Made by a program: the position numbers and the translations under genes
Notes under the pieces: generated by a model
What the model was told of the DNA's origin: nothing
What the model saw: only the letters and a program-made list of their open reading frames with translations
Databases searched by the model: none
NCBI GenBank assembly: GCA_964406665.1
Contig: CAYOSQ010000005.1
Span: 21,929 to 85,928 of the forward strand
From: an uncultured Planctomycetia bacterium
GTDB taxonomy: Bacteria > Omnitrophota > Gorgyraeia > VGKH01 > JBHPFN01
DNA length: 64,000 nucleotides
Direction: 5' to 3'
Shown: piece after piece, positions 17,843-29,107 of the stretch
Layout of the letters: the number at the start of each line of letters is the position of its first letter
How positions within the stretch are numbered: position 1 is the stretch's first letter

Positions 17843-20800
17843 ATGTACCTTAAGAGATTAGATATTCTTGGTTTTAAATCTTTTGCCGATAAAACAGTTC
17901 TTAATTTTGAGCCTGGAATTGCCGTGGTGGTTGGACCAAACGGATGCGGGAAGAGTAATATCTTTGATAGTATCCGTTGGGTTTTAGGAGAGCAGAGCAT
18001 AAAATCTCTGCGTGGAACCAAGATGGAAGATGTTATTTTTAGTGGTACTGTAAACAAGCCGGCTTTGGGCTTTGCTGAGGTATCTCTTACTTTCAGCAAT
18101 GAACAAAAAGTCCTTCCGATAGAATACGATGAAGTAACTGTTTCTAGGAGGCTGTTTCGTTCAGGTGAAAGTGAGTATTTAATTAATAAGCTTCCGGTGC
18201 GCCTAAGAGATGTTAATGAATTATTTATGGGAACAGGCATTGGAGCTGAGAGCTATTCTCTGGTTGAGCAGGGTAAGATAGATTTAATGATAAGTTCTAA
18301 ACCAGAAGATAGGAGAATGATATTTGACGAGGCAGCTGGTATTACAAAGTATAAATCCAAAAAAAGAGAGGCGCTAAATAAATTAAAAGATACAGAAAAT
18401 AATCTCTTAAGGATAAGCGATATAATTACTGAATTAAAAAGACAAATCGGCTCAATCGAAAGACAGGCTAATAAAGCCAGAAAATACAAAGATGAATTTG
18501 AAAAGTTGAAGAAACTAGAAGTAAAGTCAGCTTTATATCAAACAAAAGAATTGGATAGTAAAAAAGTTGAGCTTACTTCAAGAAAAGATAGCATGAGTGA
18601 AAGAAATAATATTTTGGATTCTCAGATACAGAAAGTAATTGATACCATTGGTCAACAAAATCTAAGAGTAAAAGAAATGCAGGATAAAATAAATGAGGTT
18701 TCTTCAGAATGCCTTAAAAAAGATAGCGTCATCGAGCATAACACCCAGCATATAACCGTCAGCAAAGAGAGGATTCAGGAATCTGCAGTAAGAAAAGAAA
18801 AAATCCGCGAGCAAGAAGCGATACTTAAAGACAGGATTGCTGGGCAGAAAGAAAAGCTTAAGGTTTTAGAGGAAGAGTTTGGCACAATAGCTTCTTTAAA
18901 GAATCAAAAGAGTAAAACTTTAACTGAGAGAAATGAGCAGCTAAGTAATTATTCTAATGCGATTAAAGCTACCCAGGATCAAATAACTCAGTTAAAAATG
19001 ACAGTGATGGAGCTTACTACAGAGCAGACATCATTGAAAAATACTGTTACTGATACATCTGCCCGCTATCAACATCTGCTTGCACGTAAAAAGAGATTGG
19101 ATATTGAAAAGACAAAGGTATGTTCTGAAAAGGAAACTGTTGGCGAAGATTTTGAAAAAGTAAGCTCACAGTGGCAGGCCATTCAGGATCAGCTTACTGA
19201 ACTTTCCGGCTTACGCAGTAAAGTGTTTAATGATTGTAAATCTTTAAAAGAGGAAGCATCACATCTGCAAAAGGAAATTGTTGAATATCAGAATAAAAAA
19301 CTAAGCCTAGAGTCACAGAAAGAGTTTATCGAAGATCTGCAATTAAAATATGATGATATTCCCGGAGGAGGACACTCTGTCCTTATAACTAATCCGGGGA
19401 TGGCAGATGAAAAGGCAGCTGTATTGGGAAAGATAAAACAAGTTTCAGAGTTAGATACAAAATATCGTTCTTTGGCTAATCAGCATTTTGCCCAGGATGA
19501 TATCGTACAACTTAAACAAATAATGTGTGAGACAAAGTTTATTTCTTTAGATTTACAACAAATAACCAATAAGATTGAAGAGATTTCTGATTCGATTAAT
19601 CATTCAAAAAGCGAATTAAACGGGATAAAAGATCGCATTCAATCTAAAGAAGAAGAAATTACTGCTTTTGATGCAGGAATTCGTAAGCAAGAGTTGCAGT
19701 TAGCTAATAAGCAAACACAAAAAGATTCTATCAATGAAACACTTGTTAAGTTAAGAGAAGAGCTCGAGTTGGTTGATATGGAATTAACCGAGACAAGTGA
19801 AGATATTGAAAAAATAAAACAGAAGGAAGATGATCTTAAGTGTAAGCAAACTGAGATGGAGCAAAGAATAGAAGAAAACGAAGGTGAGATAATCCAGCAG
19901 CAAAGTTTGATTTCACAAAATAGCAGTAAACGGGAGGACGCAAATATATCTATTGCGCAACTTCAGGCGGAATTAGAATCTTTGGAGGAACGGCAAAATG
20001 GTGAACAAGATAAATATAAGATTTTGCAGAGTTCCTGGAAGCAAGATTTAGATAATTTAGCTTCTTTCGAAAAAGAACTTTTTGACCTTGAGGGTAAGAA
20101 AGAAGAGCTAGAAAAAAATATTTTGAGACTTGAAGAAGAAATTTCTCAGGCTCAAAAAAATAAGAAGGAATTGCTGGAAACATTAAATGAGCATCGCAGC
20201 GAACAAAAAGAATTGGATAGGGTAATTGAGCAGCACAGAAGCAATCTTGATAAGCAACAGAAAGAACTAGAGAGTGCACGTTCAGATATTCATAAGGTTA
20301 TGATGCAGGTGCAGGAGATAGAATTTCAGATTACCTCAGTACGAGATAGAATTTCTCAGGCTTATAAGGTTGATTTAACACAACAGCAGTCTGACCAAGA
20401 AGCTGAGTCGGCTGAGGAATTTAATCATGGCGAATTATTAAGTGAGATAGAGACATTAAAGAAAAGGGTTGAGCGGTATGGTTCAGTTAATCTGGTGGCA
20501 ATTGAAGAGTTTGAGGAATTAAAAAACAGATATGAATTTTTGACAAAACAACAGGAAGATTTGATTAAATCGAAAGAAGCCTTAACTGACACAATATCTA
20601 AAATCAATCGAACAAGCCGAAAGCTTTTCCTGGAGACTTTTCAGAGAGTATCAGAGGAATTTAAAAAGTATTTCAGGATGCTATTTGGTGGAGGTGATGG
20701 ACAATTAATTTTAATTGATCCTCATGATCCTCTTGAATCAGGCATAGAAATAATTGCAAAACCTCCAGGGAAGAAACTTCAGAGCATAAGTTTACTTTCC

Positions 20801-21112
20801 GGTGGGGAAAAAGCTCTTGCTGCTATTGCATTAATTTTTGGAGTTTTCAAAGTAAAGCCAAGTCCTTTCTGCGTGCTGGATGAAATTGATGCTCCTTTGG
20901 ATGAGTCTAACGTAGGAAGATTTAGTAGCTTGCTAAAAGAATTTACGAAAAATTCTCAGTTTGTGGTTATCTCTCATAATAAAAAGACTATGGTTAATGC
21001 AGATGTTATGTATGGCATAACCATGCAGGAAACCGGGGTTTCTAAGATTGTGTCGGTAAAATTCGGAGAGAGTGAACAAAAGCAGCCTGAAGAAGAATTG
21101 GTAGCAGCATAG
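17843..21112 (+). CDS. smc: Chromosome segregation protein SMC
   Basis: 1089 aa. N-terminal Walker A 'GPNGCGKSNI', long coiled coils, hinge, C-terminal 'LSGGEKALAAIALIF' signature and Walker B 'FCVLDEIDAPLD'. Confidence 0.92.
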   Translation: MYLKRLDILGFKSFADKTVLNFEPGIAVVVGPNGCGKSNIFDSIRWVLGEQSIKSLRGTKMEDVIFSGTVNKPALGFAEVSLTFSNEQKVLPIEYDEVTVSRRLFRSGESEYLINKLPVRLRDVNELFMGTGIGAESYSLVEQGKIDLMISSKPEDRRMIFDEAAGITKYKSKKREALNKLKDTENNLLRISDIITELKRQIGSIERQANKARKYKDEFEKLKKLEVKSALYQTKELDSKKVELTSRKDSMSERNNILDSQIQKVIDTIGQQNLRVKEMQDKINEVSSECLKKDSVIEHNTQHITVSKERIQESAVRKEKIREQEAILKDRIAGQKEKLKVLEEEFGTIASLKNQKSKTLTERNEQLSNYSNAIKATQDQITQLKMTVMELTTEQTSLKNTVTDTSARYQHLLARKKRLDIEKTKVCSEKETVGEDFEKVSSQWQAIQDQLTELSGLRSKVFNDCKSLKEEASHLQKEIVEYQNKKLSLESQKEFIEDLQLKYDDIPGGGHSVLITNPGMADEKAAVLGKIKQVSELDTKYRSLANQHFAQDDIVQLKQIMCETKFISLDLQQITNKIEEISDSINHSKSELNGIKDRIQSKEEEITAFDAGIRKQELQLANKQTQKDSINETLVKLREELELVDMELTETSEDIEKIKQKEDDLKCKQTEMEQRIEENEGEIIQQQSLISQNSSKREDANISIAQLQAELESLEERQNGEQDKYKILQSSWKQDLDNLASFEKELFDLEGKKEELEKNILRLEEEISQAQKNKKELLETLNEHRSEQKELDRVIEQHRSNLDKQQKELESARSDIHKVMMQVQEIEFQITSVRDRISQAYKVDLTQQQSDQEAESAEEFNHGELLSEIETLKKRVERYGSVNLVAIEEFEELKNRYEFLTKQQEDLIKSKEALTDTISKINRTSRKLFLETFQRVSEEFKKYFRMLFGGGDGQLILIDPHDPLESGIEIIAKPPGKKLQSISLLSGGEKALAAIALIFGVFKVKPSPFCVLDEIDAPLDESNVGRFSSLLKEFTKNSQFVVISHNKKTMVNADVMYGITMQETGVSKIVSVKFGESEQKQPEEELVAA

Positions 21113-21130
21113 TTATTGGTAATTGATATT

Positions 21131-22324
21131 TTAAATTGCTGAGCGGACTAAATTCTTACCGTCTTTCTTGGCTTTGAATAATGCTTCATCTGCAGCATTT
21201 ACAAGATTAGATTTGTTCTTGGCATCTTCCGGGTAGGTAGCTACTCCTAAGCTTATAGTAATTTTAGGCTCAGATTTAGTTTCACCAAAAGAAAAATTGT
21301 GGTTTTCGGTTATTTCACGCAATCGGTTAGCTATAAATAAAGCTTCCTTGCGAGGTGTTTGTGGTAATATTATTGCAAATTCCTCTCCACCATAACGACA
21401 AACATAATCCATTTTTCTGGAGTGTTCCTTAAAGATGGTGGAAAGCTCTTTTAGAATTTTATCTCCTACTTGGTGTCCTAGGGTATCGTTGTAAGATTTG
21501 AAGTTATCAATATCTATCATAATTAGACTAAGAGGTAGCTTCAAAGCTTTTGTTCTGCTTAACTCTTCTTGAAGATTAAGCTGGAAATAACCATGGTTCC
21601 ATAGTTCAGTAAGCGAGTCTGTATTGGTGCGCATGACAGCATGTTCGTAAAGCTGAGAATTTTCAATTGCTAAGCCTGCTTGGTTTGCAAGCATAGTGAA
21701 TATTCTTAGATTATCTTTGGTAATAGGTTTTTGTGTAAATATATTATCTGCAACTATAATGCCAACAACTTTATCTTTTGCCCTAAGAGGTATCAGGACG
21801 ACTTCAGTAGTATTAAATTTATCCAAAAGTGGATCTTTTCTATATTTGCCTATTGATTTTTTTGTGATATGCAATGGCATCATATCAAAATAACATAAAG
21901 AAAGCAGATTGTTTTGCTTGGGATCGAGCGGAAGCTTAAATTGTCTAACGAAGCGGTTGAATTCGGAATCAATCATCTTCCCGGACGCCTTATACGCTTC
22001 GATAAGATTGTTTAGATCCGTTTGTTCTTTTTCGATCTTATCCCATATTTTTTTTGCTTTTTCTCCGGTGACTGGGCCAATACCCATTTTCCCTTCAATA
22101 ATTTTATCGTTTTCATTTACCAGAAAAAGCATGGCTCGGTTAAACCTTAATCCTGAATGCGCTGTAACTCCGGTTAAAATAATATATAGGATTTCATCTA
22201 AGCGCAGAGTGGTGCGCATAGCATTGCTTACTTCATACAAAATAGAAAGCTCTGCCTGTGTTCGATTGAGTTCTTGCTGCAATTTTGATATTTGTTCAGG
22301 CTTTTTATCCATCATAGTATTCAA
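21131..22324 (-). CDS. GAF-domain diguanylate cyclase (GGDEF)
   Basis: C-terminal GGDEF domain with intact 'RYGGEEF' active site and 'DxLT' motifs. N-terminal coiled-coil/GAF-like region. Confidence 0.85.
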   Translation of the reverse strand: MNTMMDKKPEQISKLQQELNRTQAELSILYEVSNAMRTTLRLDEILYIILTGVTAHSGLRFNRAMLFLVNENDKIIEGKMGIGPVTGEKAKKIWDKIEKEQTDLNNLIEAYKASGKMIDSEFNRFVRQFKLPLDPKQNNLLSLCYFDMMPLHITKKSIGKYRKDPLLDKFNTTEVVLIPLRAKDKVVGIIVADNIFTQKPITKDNLRIFTMLANQAGLAIENSQLYEHAVMRTNTDSLTELWNHGYFQLNLQEELSRTKALKLPLSLIMIDIDNFKSYNDTLGHQVGDKILKELSTIFKEHSRKMDYVCRYGGEEFAIILPQTPRKEALFIANRLREITENHNFSFGETKSEPKITISLGVATYPEDAKNKSNLVNAADEALFKAKKDGKNLVRSAI

Positions 22325-22478
22325 AAGATAGCACTATTTTGTAGAATTGTCAAGGATGAGTGAAAAAAAATAGATAATCAACTATAACACATTTATTACC
22401 AGATAGTTATGTTCTAAAATAAAAGAAAGCGCTTCCTTGACACTAACATGTTCGCATGTTATACTTTACTGAATATTT

Positions 22479-23072
22479 ATGGAAAATTCTATTGCCAGCA
22501 AACTAAACTGGGTAGATGTGATAGTATGGCTTTTTGCCATTAGGATAATTCTTATAGGCTATAAAAAGGGTTTTGCCATTGAATTATTCAAGTTGACCGG
22601 TCTAATATTAGCAGTTTTCACTTCATTTCATTACTATACTCGCGTTTCCGATTTACTTAATACTAATTCAAAAAATACATCTGGTTTTATTGATCTTATC
22701 TCTTTAGTGATTTTGCTTTTTTCAGTTATAATAGTGTTTAAATTTATACGAGACAGCGTGTTATTGATAATTAAAATTCATCCTATTGAAGGTTTAGATA
22801 AGTGGGGAGCGTTAATTCTCAGTTTGTTTAGGGCTGCGATTGTATCAAGTTTAATTGTTGTGATAATGCAGCTTTCAACATTAGCATATGTCGAAAAATC
22901 GGCAAAGGAATCTTTTTCTAATAAGCACTTTTCAAGTTTGGCTCCCAGACTTTACGCGAAAGTATTTGAATCTGTTATCTTCAAATTTTCTCCCAAAGAA
23001 GATCTTAATTTCTCTATATTTAAAGCTTTGGAAGAAAATCCAATGAAGCAGAAAAAGCAACAACAGCAGTAA
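22479..23072 (+). CDS. CvpA-family membrane protein (colicin V production protein-like)
   Basis: Four hydrophobic helices, CvpA-like size and pattern. Gln-rich tail. Confidence 0.5.
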   Translation: MENSIASKLNWVDVIVWLFAIRIILIGYKKGFAIELFKLTGLILAVFTSFHYYTRVSDLLNTNSKNTSGFIDLISLVILLFSVIIVFKFIRDSVLLIIKIHPIEGLDKWGALILSLFRAAIVSSLIVVIMQLSTLAYVEKSAKESFSNKHFSSLAPRLYAKVFESVIFKFSPKEDLNFSIFKALEENPMKQKKQQQQ

Positions 23073-23093
23073 TTATTACTCAGGAGGAAAAAA

Positions 23094-24047
23094 TTGAAAT
23101 TAGGTCAAATTTATGATTTTGTAGTTAAGTTTGGTATGCAGGCAGATCCGCGTAGCCCTGTAGTCGTAAAGCAGCAAATTGCTGATGCAAAAAAAGAATA
23201 TCGCAAGTTAAAAGGACAAGATAAGAAAGAATTCGATTTAGAACGGCTGAAGAATCCTTATGCAGATACTAGGCTTCTTTATGGAAATAAAAATAAAGAC
23301 ATTAAGAATATTCTAGTCGGTATTGATATTGGACCGGCTGAAATATTGCTTGCAGATAGATTAAGAGAGAGTGGTATTAATGTGGACTTGGTGATATCTC
23401 ATCATCCTCAAGGTTCTGCGTTAGCAGGTTTATATGAAGTTATGCATATGCAGGCAGATATGTTAACTGGCTTGGGAATCTCTGCAAATATTGCAAAAGA
23501 ATCAATGAAAAGAAGAATTGATGAAGTTGAAAGAAGACTTCTTCCTGCAAATCATAGCCGTACACTTGATGCAGCTAAATTGTTGGATATTCCTTGCATG
23601 TGTGTTCATACTGCATCTGATAATCATGTTTCCACTTATTTGCAGAAAATAGTTAATAAGAAAAAGCCAAAGAAGCTAGCTGATCTACTTAGACTTTTAA
23701 AGCAGATTCCTGAGTATAGAGATGCCACTAAAGAAAAGGCTGGTCCTAAAATATATATTGGCAAACCTGCTAGTAAGGCAGGCAAGGTCGTCTTAGAGAT
23801 GACTGGTGGTACTGAAGGAACAAAAGAATTATTTGGTAGGCTATCACAAGTAGGTGTTAATACGCTTGTGGGGATGCACCTATCAGAAGAACACTTCAAA
23901 ATAGTCAAAAGCGAACATCTTAACGTTGTTATTGCCGGGCACATTTCCTCAGATACGCTCGGATTGAATCTTTTGTTTGATAAACTAGAGAAAAAAGAAA
24001 AACTTAAGTTTATTAACTGTTCTGGGTTCAAAAGAATTAGACGATAA
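23094..24047 (+). CDS. Nif3-family dinuclear metal centre protein
   Basis: 'VDLVISHHPQG' and C-terminal 'VIAGHISSDTLG' motifs typical of Nif3/YqfO. Conserved position upstream of dnaG-rpoD. Confidence 0.6.
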   Translation: MKLGQIYDFVVKFGMQADPRSPVVVKQQIADAKKEYRKLKGQDKKEFDLERLKNPYADTRLLYGNKNKDIKNILVGIDIGPAEILLADRLRESGINVDLVISHHPQGSALAGLYEVMHMQADMLTGLGISANIAKESMKRRIDEVERRLLPANHSRTLDAAKLLDIPCMCVHTASDNHVSTYLQKIVNKKKPKKLADLLRLLKQIPEYRDATKEKAGPKIYIGKPASKAGKVVLEMTGGTEGTKELFGRLSQVGVNTLVGMHLSEEHFKIVKSEHLNVVIAGHISSDTLGLNLLFDKLEKKEKLKFINCSGFKRIRR

Positions 24048-24063
24048 AAAATAAGGTAATTTT

Positions 24064-25824
24064 ATGCCGTTAATATCCGAAAGAGTACTTAGCGAAGTTC
24101 TCGAGCGTTGCGATATTGTCGAAATTATATCTTCGTATATTCCGCTTAAACGCGCAGGTAGAAATTTTAAGGCTAACTGTCCGTTTCATCACGAGAAGAC
24201 AGCATCTTTTATAGTTAGCCCCCAGAAACAGATTTACCATTGTTTTGGCTGTGGAGCCGGGGGGAATGTTTTTAATTTCCTTATGCGTTATGAAAAGCTT
24301 GAATTTCGTGAGGCTGCTCAGGCACTTGCAGAAAAAGTAGGCGTTGAAATTCAGCTAAGCGCAGAGAATCCTAAAGAGATAAGTGAAAATAGAGAGCTTT
24401 ATAAGATAAATGAATTAGCGGCTAATTTTTATCACGACCACATAAAATCAAAAGAAGCTTCAAGCGTTAGAAGTTATTTGGCGCAAAGAGGAATTTCAGC
24501 AGAATCTGTAAAAGAGCTTAAAATAGGATATGCCCCTGATGCTTGGGGTAGCCTTATGAGTTTTCTGCGTAACAAAAAAGCACCTTTAAGGCTTCAAGAA
24601 AAAGCGGGGTTAATTTTAAGTAAACAGCATTCCTCAGATTATTACGACAGATTTCGCAGTAGGGTTATTTTTCCGATCTTTGATATTAAATCTAGAGTAG
24701 TTGGTTTCGGCGGACGCATCTTAACAGATGCATTACCTAAATATATTAATTCTCCGGAAACGCCTGTTTATTCTAAGGGGCGCATCTTATATGGTTTTAA
24801 TTTCAGCAAAGATGCAATAGGCAAAAATGATCAGGCCGTAATTGTTGAAGGATATCTGGATTTCTTGATTCCTTATCAGGATGGATTTAAAAATATTGTT
24901 GCGTCTTCAGGAACTGCTCTTACGATTGAACAGATTAGATTGCTTAAGCGATATACTCATAACATTGTGACAATCTTTGATTCAGATAAAGCAGGTGAAT
25001 TTGCGACTTTGCGTAGCTTGGATTTATTTATTGAAGAAGGAATGAACGTTAAGGTAGCCAGTTTACCCAAAGGATTTGACCCTGATTTATTTGTAAGAGA
25101 AAGAGGTATCGAAGAATTTAAGAGAGTCGTGAGTGATGCTGTAAATCTTTTCGATTATAAGTTAAGTGTTCTTGTATCTAGGCATGATCCTAAGATAATC
25201 GAAAACAGAGCAAAGATAGCAGCCGAGATGCTCAGTACAATTTCTAGATTTAAAAATGCAGTTTTGCAGTCAGAATACGTAAAAAGATTATCAGATTCTC
25301 TTTCAGTGAAAGAAGAAGCTTTGCTTGTTGAGCTTGCAAAAATGAAAGATGGTTTAGTGATTTCGCGCAATCTAACAGAAACTGTTCACAAGAGCCCAGA
25401 AAAGCATAATCTTAAGGCAGCTGAGAAGATGATTTTGCGCTTAATGTTAGCTGAAAGAAAGTTTGTAACTTTGACAAAAGATAGATTGGAAATCGCTGAT
25501 TTTCATAATCAGCATTTAAAAGATGTGGTTGAGCATATGTTCGATTTGGATTCTCAGGGGGAAGATGTGCATGTTGGTCGTTTAGTTAATCGATTTGCCG
25601 AAAGCCCTATAGCTGAGATCTTGACTGAATTGAGCGTTGCTGAAGATTTGCAGAATGCTGACAAGGAAAAGATCTTGCATGACTGCATTCAAAGATTAAA
25701 AAAAGAGGGATTAAAGCTTAAGTGTAAGAAATTACATCATGAAATTAAACAAGCAGAAAATGAGCAGAATGAAGAGATGCTGAAATGTTTAATAGAAGAA
25801 TATAATCAGTTAATTAAGGGGTGA
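24064..25824 (+). CDS. dnaG: DNA primase
   Basis: Zinc-ribbon '[11 protein letters not shown]...CFGCG', TOPRIM 'VIVEGYLDF', '[11 protein letters not shown]'. Confidence 0.9.
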   Translation: MPLISERVLSEVLERCDIVEIISSYIPLKRAGRNFKANCPFHHEKTASFIVSPQKQIYHCFGCGAGGNVFNFLMRYEKLEFREAAQALAEKVGVEIQLSAENPKEISENRELYKINELAANFYHDHIKSKEASSVRSYLAQRGISAESVKELKIGYAPDAWGSLMSFLRNKKAPLRLQEKAGLILSKQHSSDYYDRFRSRVIFPIFDIKSRVVGFGGRILTDALPKYINSPETPVYSKGRILYGFNFSKDAIGKNDQAVIVEGYLDFLIPYQDGFKNIVASSGTALTIEQIRLLKRYTHNIVTIFDSDKAGEFATLRSLDLFIEEGMNVKVASLPKGFDPDLFVRERGIEEFKRVVSDAVNLFDYKLSVLVSRHDPKIIENRAKIAAEMLSTISRFKNAVLQSEYVKRLSDSLSVKEEALLVELAKMKDGLVISRNLTETVHKSPEKHNLKAAEKMILRLMLAERKFVTLTKDRLEIADFHNQHLKDVVEHMFDLDSQGEDVHVGRLVNRFAESPIAEILTELSVAEDLQNADKEKILHDCIQRLKKEGLKLKCKKLHHEIKQAENEQNEEMLKCLIEEYNQLIKG

Positions 25825-27401
25825 GCATGAATAATTTAGAATTGAAAAAAGATGTTGATAAACTTGTTGAAGAAGGCAAGAAAAAAGGTTTTCTTACTTT
25901 CGAAGAAGTAAACAAGGGCCTTCCTTCAAAGAAGATGTCTTCTAATGATCTAGATGCGGTATTTGATGTTCTTGAAGGTAATGAAATCAGCGTTATCGAT
26001 AGCGATTCAAAGCTTGCCAAGAAGAAGATCAAACAACCAAAAGCGCCGAAGTCTCCGGCTAAAGAAGGGCATGCTGAGTCAAGATTTCTTCCATTGGATG
26101 ATCCAGTTAAGATGTATCTAAAGCAAATGGGGTCTATATCTCTTCTCTCGCGAGAAAAAGAAATTGAACTAGCTAAAAAGATTGAAGATTCCGAGTTTAA
26201 GTTTACTGATTCAGTGATTTCAGTTAAATTTGCTCGCAATGAAATAATCGAAATATTGGATAAAATTATTGAAAAGAAAGTTAATATTGACGAGGTAATA
26301 AAGGAAGAATCTGCTAATAAAACGAAGCTAATCAATAAAATAAGAAAGATTAGAAATAAGCTTGTTGCTGCTAGAAGAAATCCTGCAAAGTTCTTAAAAA
26401 TACTTTCAGAGCTAACGATTAATTCTCCTACGATTATTCAGATTGTAGAAAATATTGATAAGGCTTTGAAAGAAATTGATTATATAAACAGGATATCTGA
26501 TAGAAGTCATGGAAGGATAAGAAAGCGTAAAGGAATAACACTTAGTAGCTTAATTAGTCGTAAGAAAAAAATCATAAAGAATTTTGGCGTGTCTCACAAA
26601 AATATTAAAGAATCTATGCGTTCTGTTAAGATCAAGCAGTCTAGGTTTAACCGCGCCAAAAAATTACTTGTTGAGGCAAACTTAAGGCTAGTTGTAAGCA
26701 TAGCAAAAAAATATATCAACAGGGGTTTATCTTTTCTTGACCTTATTCAGGAAGGTAATATGGGTTTGATAAGAGCTGTTGAGAAATTTGAATATCAGAG
26801 AGGCTATAAGTTTTCTACCTATGCTACTTGGTGGATTCGCCAAGCCATAACACGTTCCATTGCAGATCAGTCTAGAACCATAAGAATTCCTGTTCATATG
26901 ACAGAAACGATTAATAAGATAATTCGTGTTTCTCGAATATTTGTTCAGGAGAATGGCCGAGAGCCTACGGCACAGGAAATATCCAAGGTTATGAAAATAC
27001 CTGTTAGCAAGGTAAAGGAAATACTGAAAATTTCTCAGGAGCCTATATCTTTGCAGACTCCCATAGGTGATGAAGGAGACACCCATTTTGGAGATTTTAT
27101 TGAAGATAAGAAAGCTGTTTCTCCTGCAAATGCTACATTGCATTCTATGCTTAAGGATGAAATAGGTGGTGTATTAAGCTCTCTTACCGATAGGGAAAAA
27201 CAAATTCTAGCGCTTAGGTTTGGGATTGAAGACGGATCTTCTAGGACGCTTGAAGAGGTTGGTGAAATATTTAAGGTTACACGTGAGAGAGTGCGTCAGA
27301 TTGAAGCTAAGGCATTAAGAAAATTAAGACACCCCACACGTTCAAGAAGGCTTTTATCTTTTATGGATATGAGTTTGGTAAAAGAAGGTGAAGTTGTTTA
27401 A
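25821..27401 (+). CDS. rpoD: RNA polymerase sigma factor RpoD (sigma-70)
   Basis: Regions 1.2 to 4 present ('[11 protein letters not shown]', '[18 protein letters not shown]', '[14 protein letters not shown]', '[30 protein letters not shown]'). Confidence 0.92.
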   Translation: MSMNNLELKKDVDKLVEEGKKKGFLTFEEVNKGLPSKKMSSNDLDAVFDVLEGNEISVIDSDSKLAKKKIKQPKAPKSPAKEGHAESRFLPLDDPVKMYLKQMGSISLLSREKEIELAKKIEDSEFKFTDSVISVKFARNEIIEILDKIIEKKVNIDEVIKEESANKTKLINKIRKIRNKLVAARRNPAKFLKILSELTINSPTIIQIVENIDKALKEIDYINRISDRSHGRIRKRKGITLSSLISRKKKIIKNFGVSHKNIKESMRSVKIKQSRFNRAKKLLVEANLRLVVSIAKKYINRGLSFLDLIQEGNMGLIRAVEKFEYQRGYKFSTYATWWIRQAITRSIADQSRTIRIPVHMTETINKIIRVSRIFVQENGREPTAQEISKVMKIPVSKVKEILKISQEPISLQTPIGDEGDTHFGDFIEDKKAVSPANATLHSMLKDEIGGVLSSLTDREKQILALRFGIEDGSSRTLEEVGEIFKVTRERVRQIEAKALRKLRHPTRSRRLLSFMDMSLVKEGEVV

Positions 27402-27421
27402 AGTTTTGTTTAAGACAAGAA

Positions 27422-27452
27422 AGCCTATCTCTTCACGGGATAGGCTTTTTTT
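27422..27452 (+). terminator. Rho-independent terminator after rpoD
   Basis: AGCCTATC-tcttcacg-GATAGGCT hairpin followed by TTTTTT. Confidence 0.75.
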
Positions 27453-27545
27453 GTGTTATCCAGTAATTATCGGAGCAATTGATTTTTTGTACAAAACTCA
27501 AATTTAGGTTGAAAAAATACCTGATAGCTAATATAATAAATTTCA

Positions 27546-27956
27546 ATGTTAGTTTTTAGCATTCCTAGTGATAGAAAGTCTATTAAAAAGGCAACAAGTA
27601 AAATCTTAACATATATAGAAGATATGAATCTTCGGGAGAAACTTCTTTTTAATGTTAGATTGTGCTGTGAAGAAGCTATAATTAATGCTATTAAACACGG
27701 CAATGCCTATGATTCTGATCTCATGGTCAAAGTATCGGTTTCCAAGACTCCTGAGTATCTTAAGATAAGCGTTAAAGATCAAGGTAAAGGTTTTGATGTT
27801 AGTAAGGTTTCTAACCCTACTGCAAAAGAAAACTTACTTAAATTATCCGGCAGAGGAGTACATCTTATGAGAAATTATATGGATGAAGTTTCTTTCAGTG
27901 AAAAGGGAAACCGTGTTACAATGATGAAGTATATTAAAAAAGCTAATAGGAGGTAA
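27546..27956 (+). CDS. Anti-sigma factor / serine protein kinase (RsbW/SpoIIAB-like, HATPase_c)
   Basis: 'EEAIINAIKHG' N-box and 'VKDQGKGF' G1-box. 136 aa. Confidence 0.7.
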   Translation: MLVFSIPSDRKSIKKATSKILTYIEDMNLREKLLFNVRLCCEEAIINAIKHGNAYDSDLMVKVSVSKTPEYLKISVKDQGKGFDVSKVSNPTAKENLLKLSGRGVHLMRNYMDEVSFSEKGNRVTMMKYIKKANRR

Positions 27957-28291
27957 TGATGCAGATAAAAGAGTCTGAAAATAGCGGAGTTGTAGTTTTA
28001 TCAGTTGAAGGAGATATTGATTTAAATTCATCTCCCATAATGAGAGATAAGTTTAATGAATTGGCGCAAAAAGAAACTTCTAAAATTCTGTTAAACTTTT
28101 CTTCTGTTAATTATATTGATAGTTCAGGACTTGCCACTTTAATTGAAATGCTCCAGAGGTTGAAGAAATATCAGGGACAGTTGCGCCTGGCAAATGTTTC
28201 TGAAAAAATTAGAAGTCTTTTTGAGGTAACTAAATTAGATAAGCTTTTTAAGATGTATGCCAGCGAAGATGATGCCATAAAGGATTTCTAG
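27956..28291 (+). CDS. Anti-sigma factor antagonist (STAS domain, RsbV/SpoIIAA-like)
   Basis: 'VLSVEGDIDLNSSPIMRDKF...NYIDSSGLATLIEM' with the conserved phospho-Ser. Confidence 0.75.
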   Translation: MMQIKESENSGVVVLSVEGDIDLNSSPIMRDKFNELAQKETSKILLNFSSVNYIDSSGLATLIEMLQRLKKYQGQLRLANVSEKIRSLFEVTKLDKLFKMYASEDDAIKDF

Positions 28292-28303
28292 TCAAAAAAA
28301 TCT

Positions 28304-29101
28304 ATGTTAAATATATTCGAGAATATAGGTAAGAGTACTAAGGATTTAGTTAATCAAATAATTGGAGTAGCTAAGCTTTTGCTGGATACTCTTTACTGGA
28401 TAATAGTTGCGCCTTTCAAAGGTAAATCCCTTAAGCGTCAAAGTATTTTTGAACAGATGGTTTTTATGGGGATTAAGTCTATTGTTATAGTTTTCTTTGT
28501 AACGTTTTTCACAGGCGTTGTTCTTGCCATGCAGTCGGCCTATCAATTAAAACAACTTGGAGCAGAGATTTACGTTGCTAGTTTGGTTGCTGTGTCTTTA
28601 ACAAGAGAACTTGGTCCGGTCCTGACTGCTTTGGTTATTGCTGGGAGAATTGGGGCTGCCATTACTGCAGAGATAGGTTCAATGAAAGTATCTGAGCAGA
28701 TTGAAGCTCTTGATACCATGGCAATAAATCCTATCAGATTTTTAGTTGTTCCCAAGTTTTTGGCTTTAGTGATTATGCTTCCATGTCTTACTATAATTGG
28801 TGATTTTGTGGGTATGTTTGGTGGATATTTGGTTGGAATTTTCAATCTAAGGATTAACTCTGCATTATATATCCAGACTTCCTTGAAGTTTTTGGAGCTT
28901 AAGGATATTTATTCTGGCTTAGGTAAGTCGGTTGTGTTTGCTGTGATAATTGCCTTGATTGGGTGTTATCAGGGTTTAAATACAAAAGGTGGGGCTGAAG
29001 GTGTTGGCAAAGCTACTACCTTGAGTGTGGTGACTAGTTTTATTCTAATTATTCTAGCAGATTGTGTTATAACGGGAATATTGTATTTTTCTAACATGTA
29101 A
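28304..29101 (+). CDS. mlaE: MlaE-family ABC transporter permease
   Basis: 265-aa polytopic permease with the MlaE pattern ('IGSMKVSEQIEALDTMAINP'). Confidence 0.8.
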   Translation: MLNIFENIGKSTKDLVNQIIGVAKLLLDTLYWIIVAPFKGKSLKRQSIFEQMVFMGIKSIVIVFFVTFFTGVVLAMQSAYQLKQLGAEIYVASLVAVSLTRELGPVLTALVIAGRIGAAITAEIGSMKVSEQIEALDTMAINPIRFLVVPKFLALVIMLPCLTIIGDFVGMFGGYLVGIFNLRINSALYIQTSLKFLELKDIYSGLGKSVVFAVIIALIGCYQGLNTKGGAEGVGKATTLSVVTSFILIILADCVITGILYFSNM

Positions 29102-29107
29102 ATAACT

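Noticed and set aside
21696-22331. Plus-strand ORFs overlapping the GGDEF gene
   Set aside because: Antisense to a CDS with an intact GGDEF active site. No RBS or conserved motifs.
25814-27143. Minus-strand ORFs 25814..26335 and 26727..27143
   Set aside because: Antisense to rpoD. Low-complexity Ser/Ile-rich translations.
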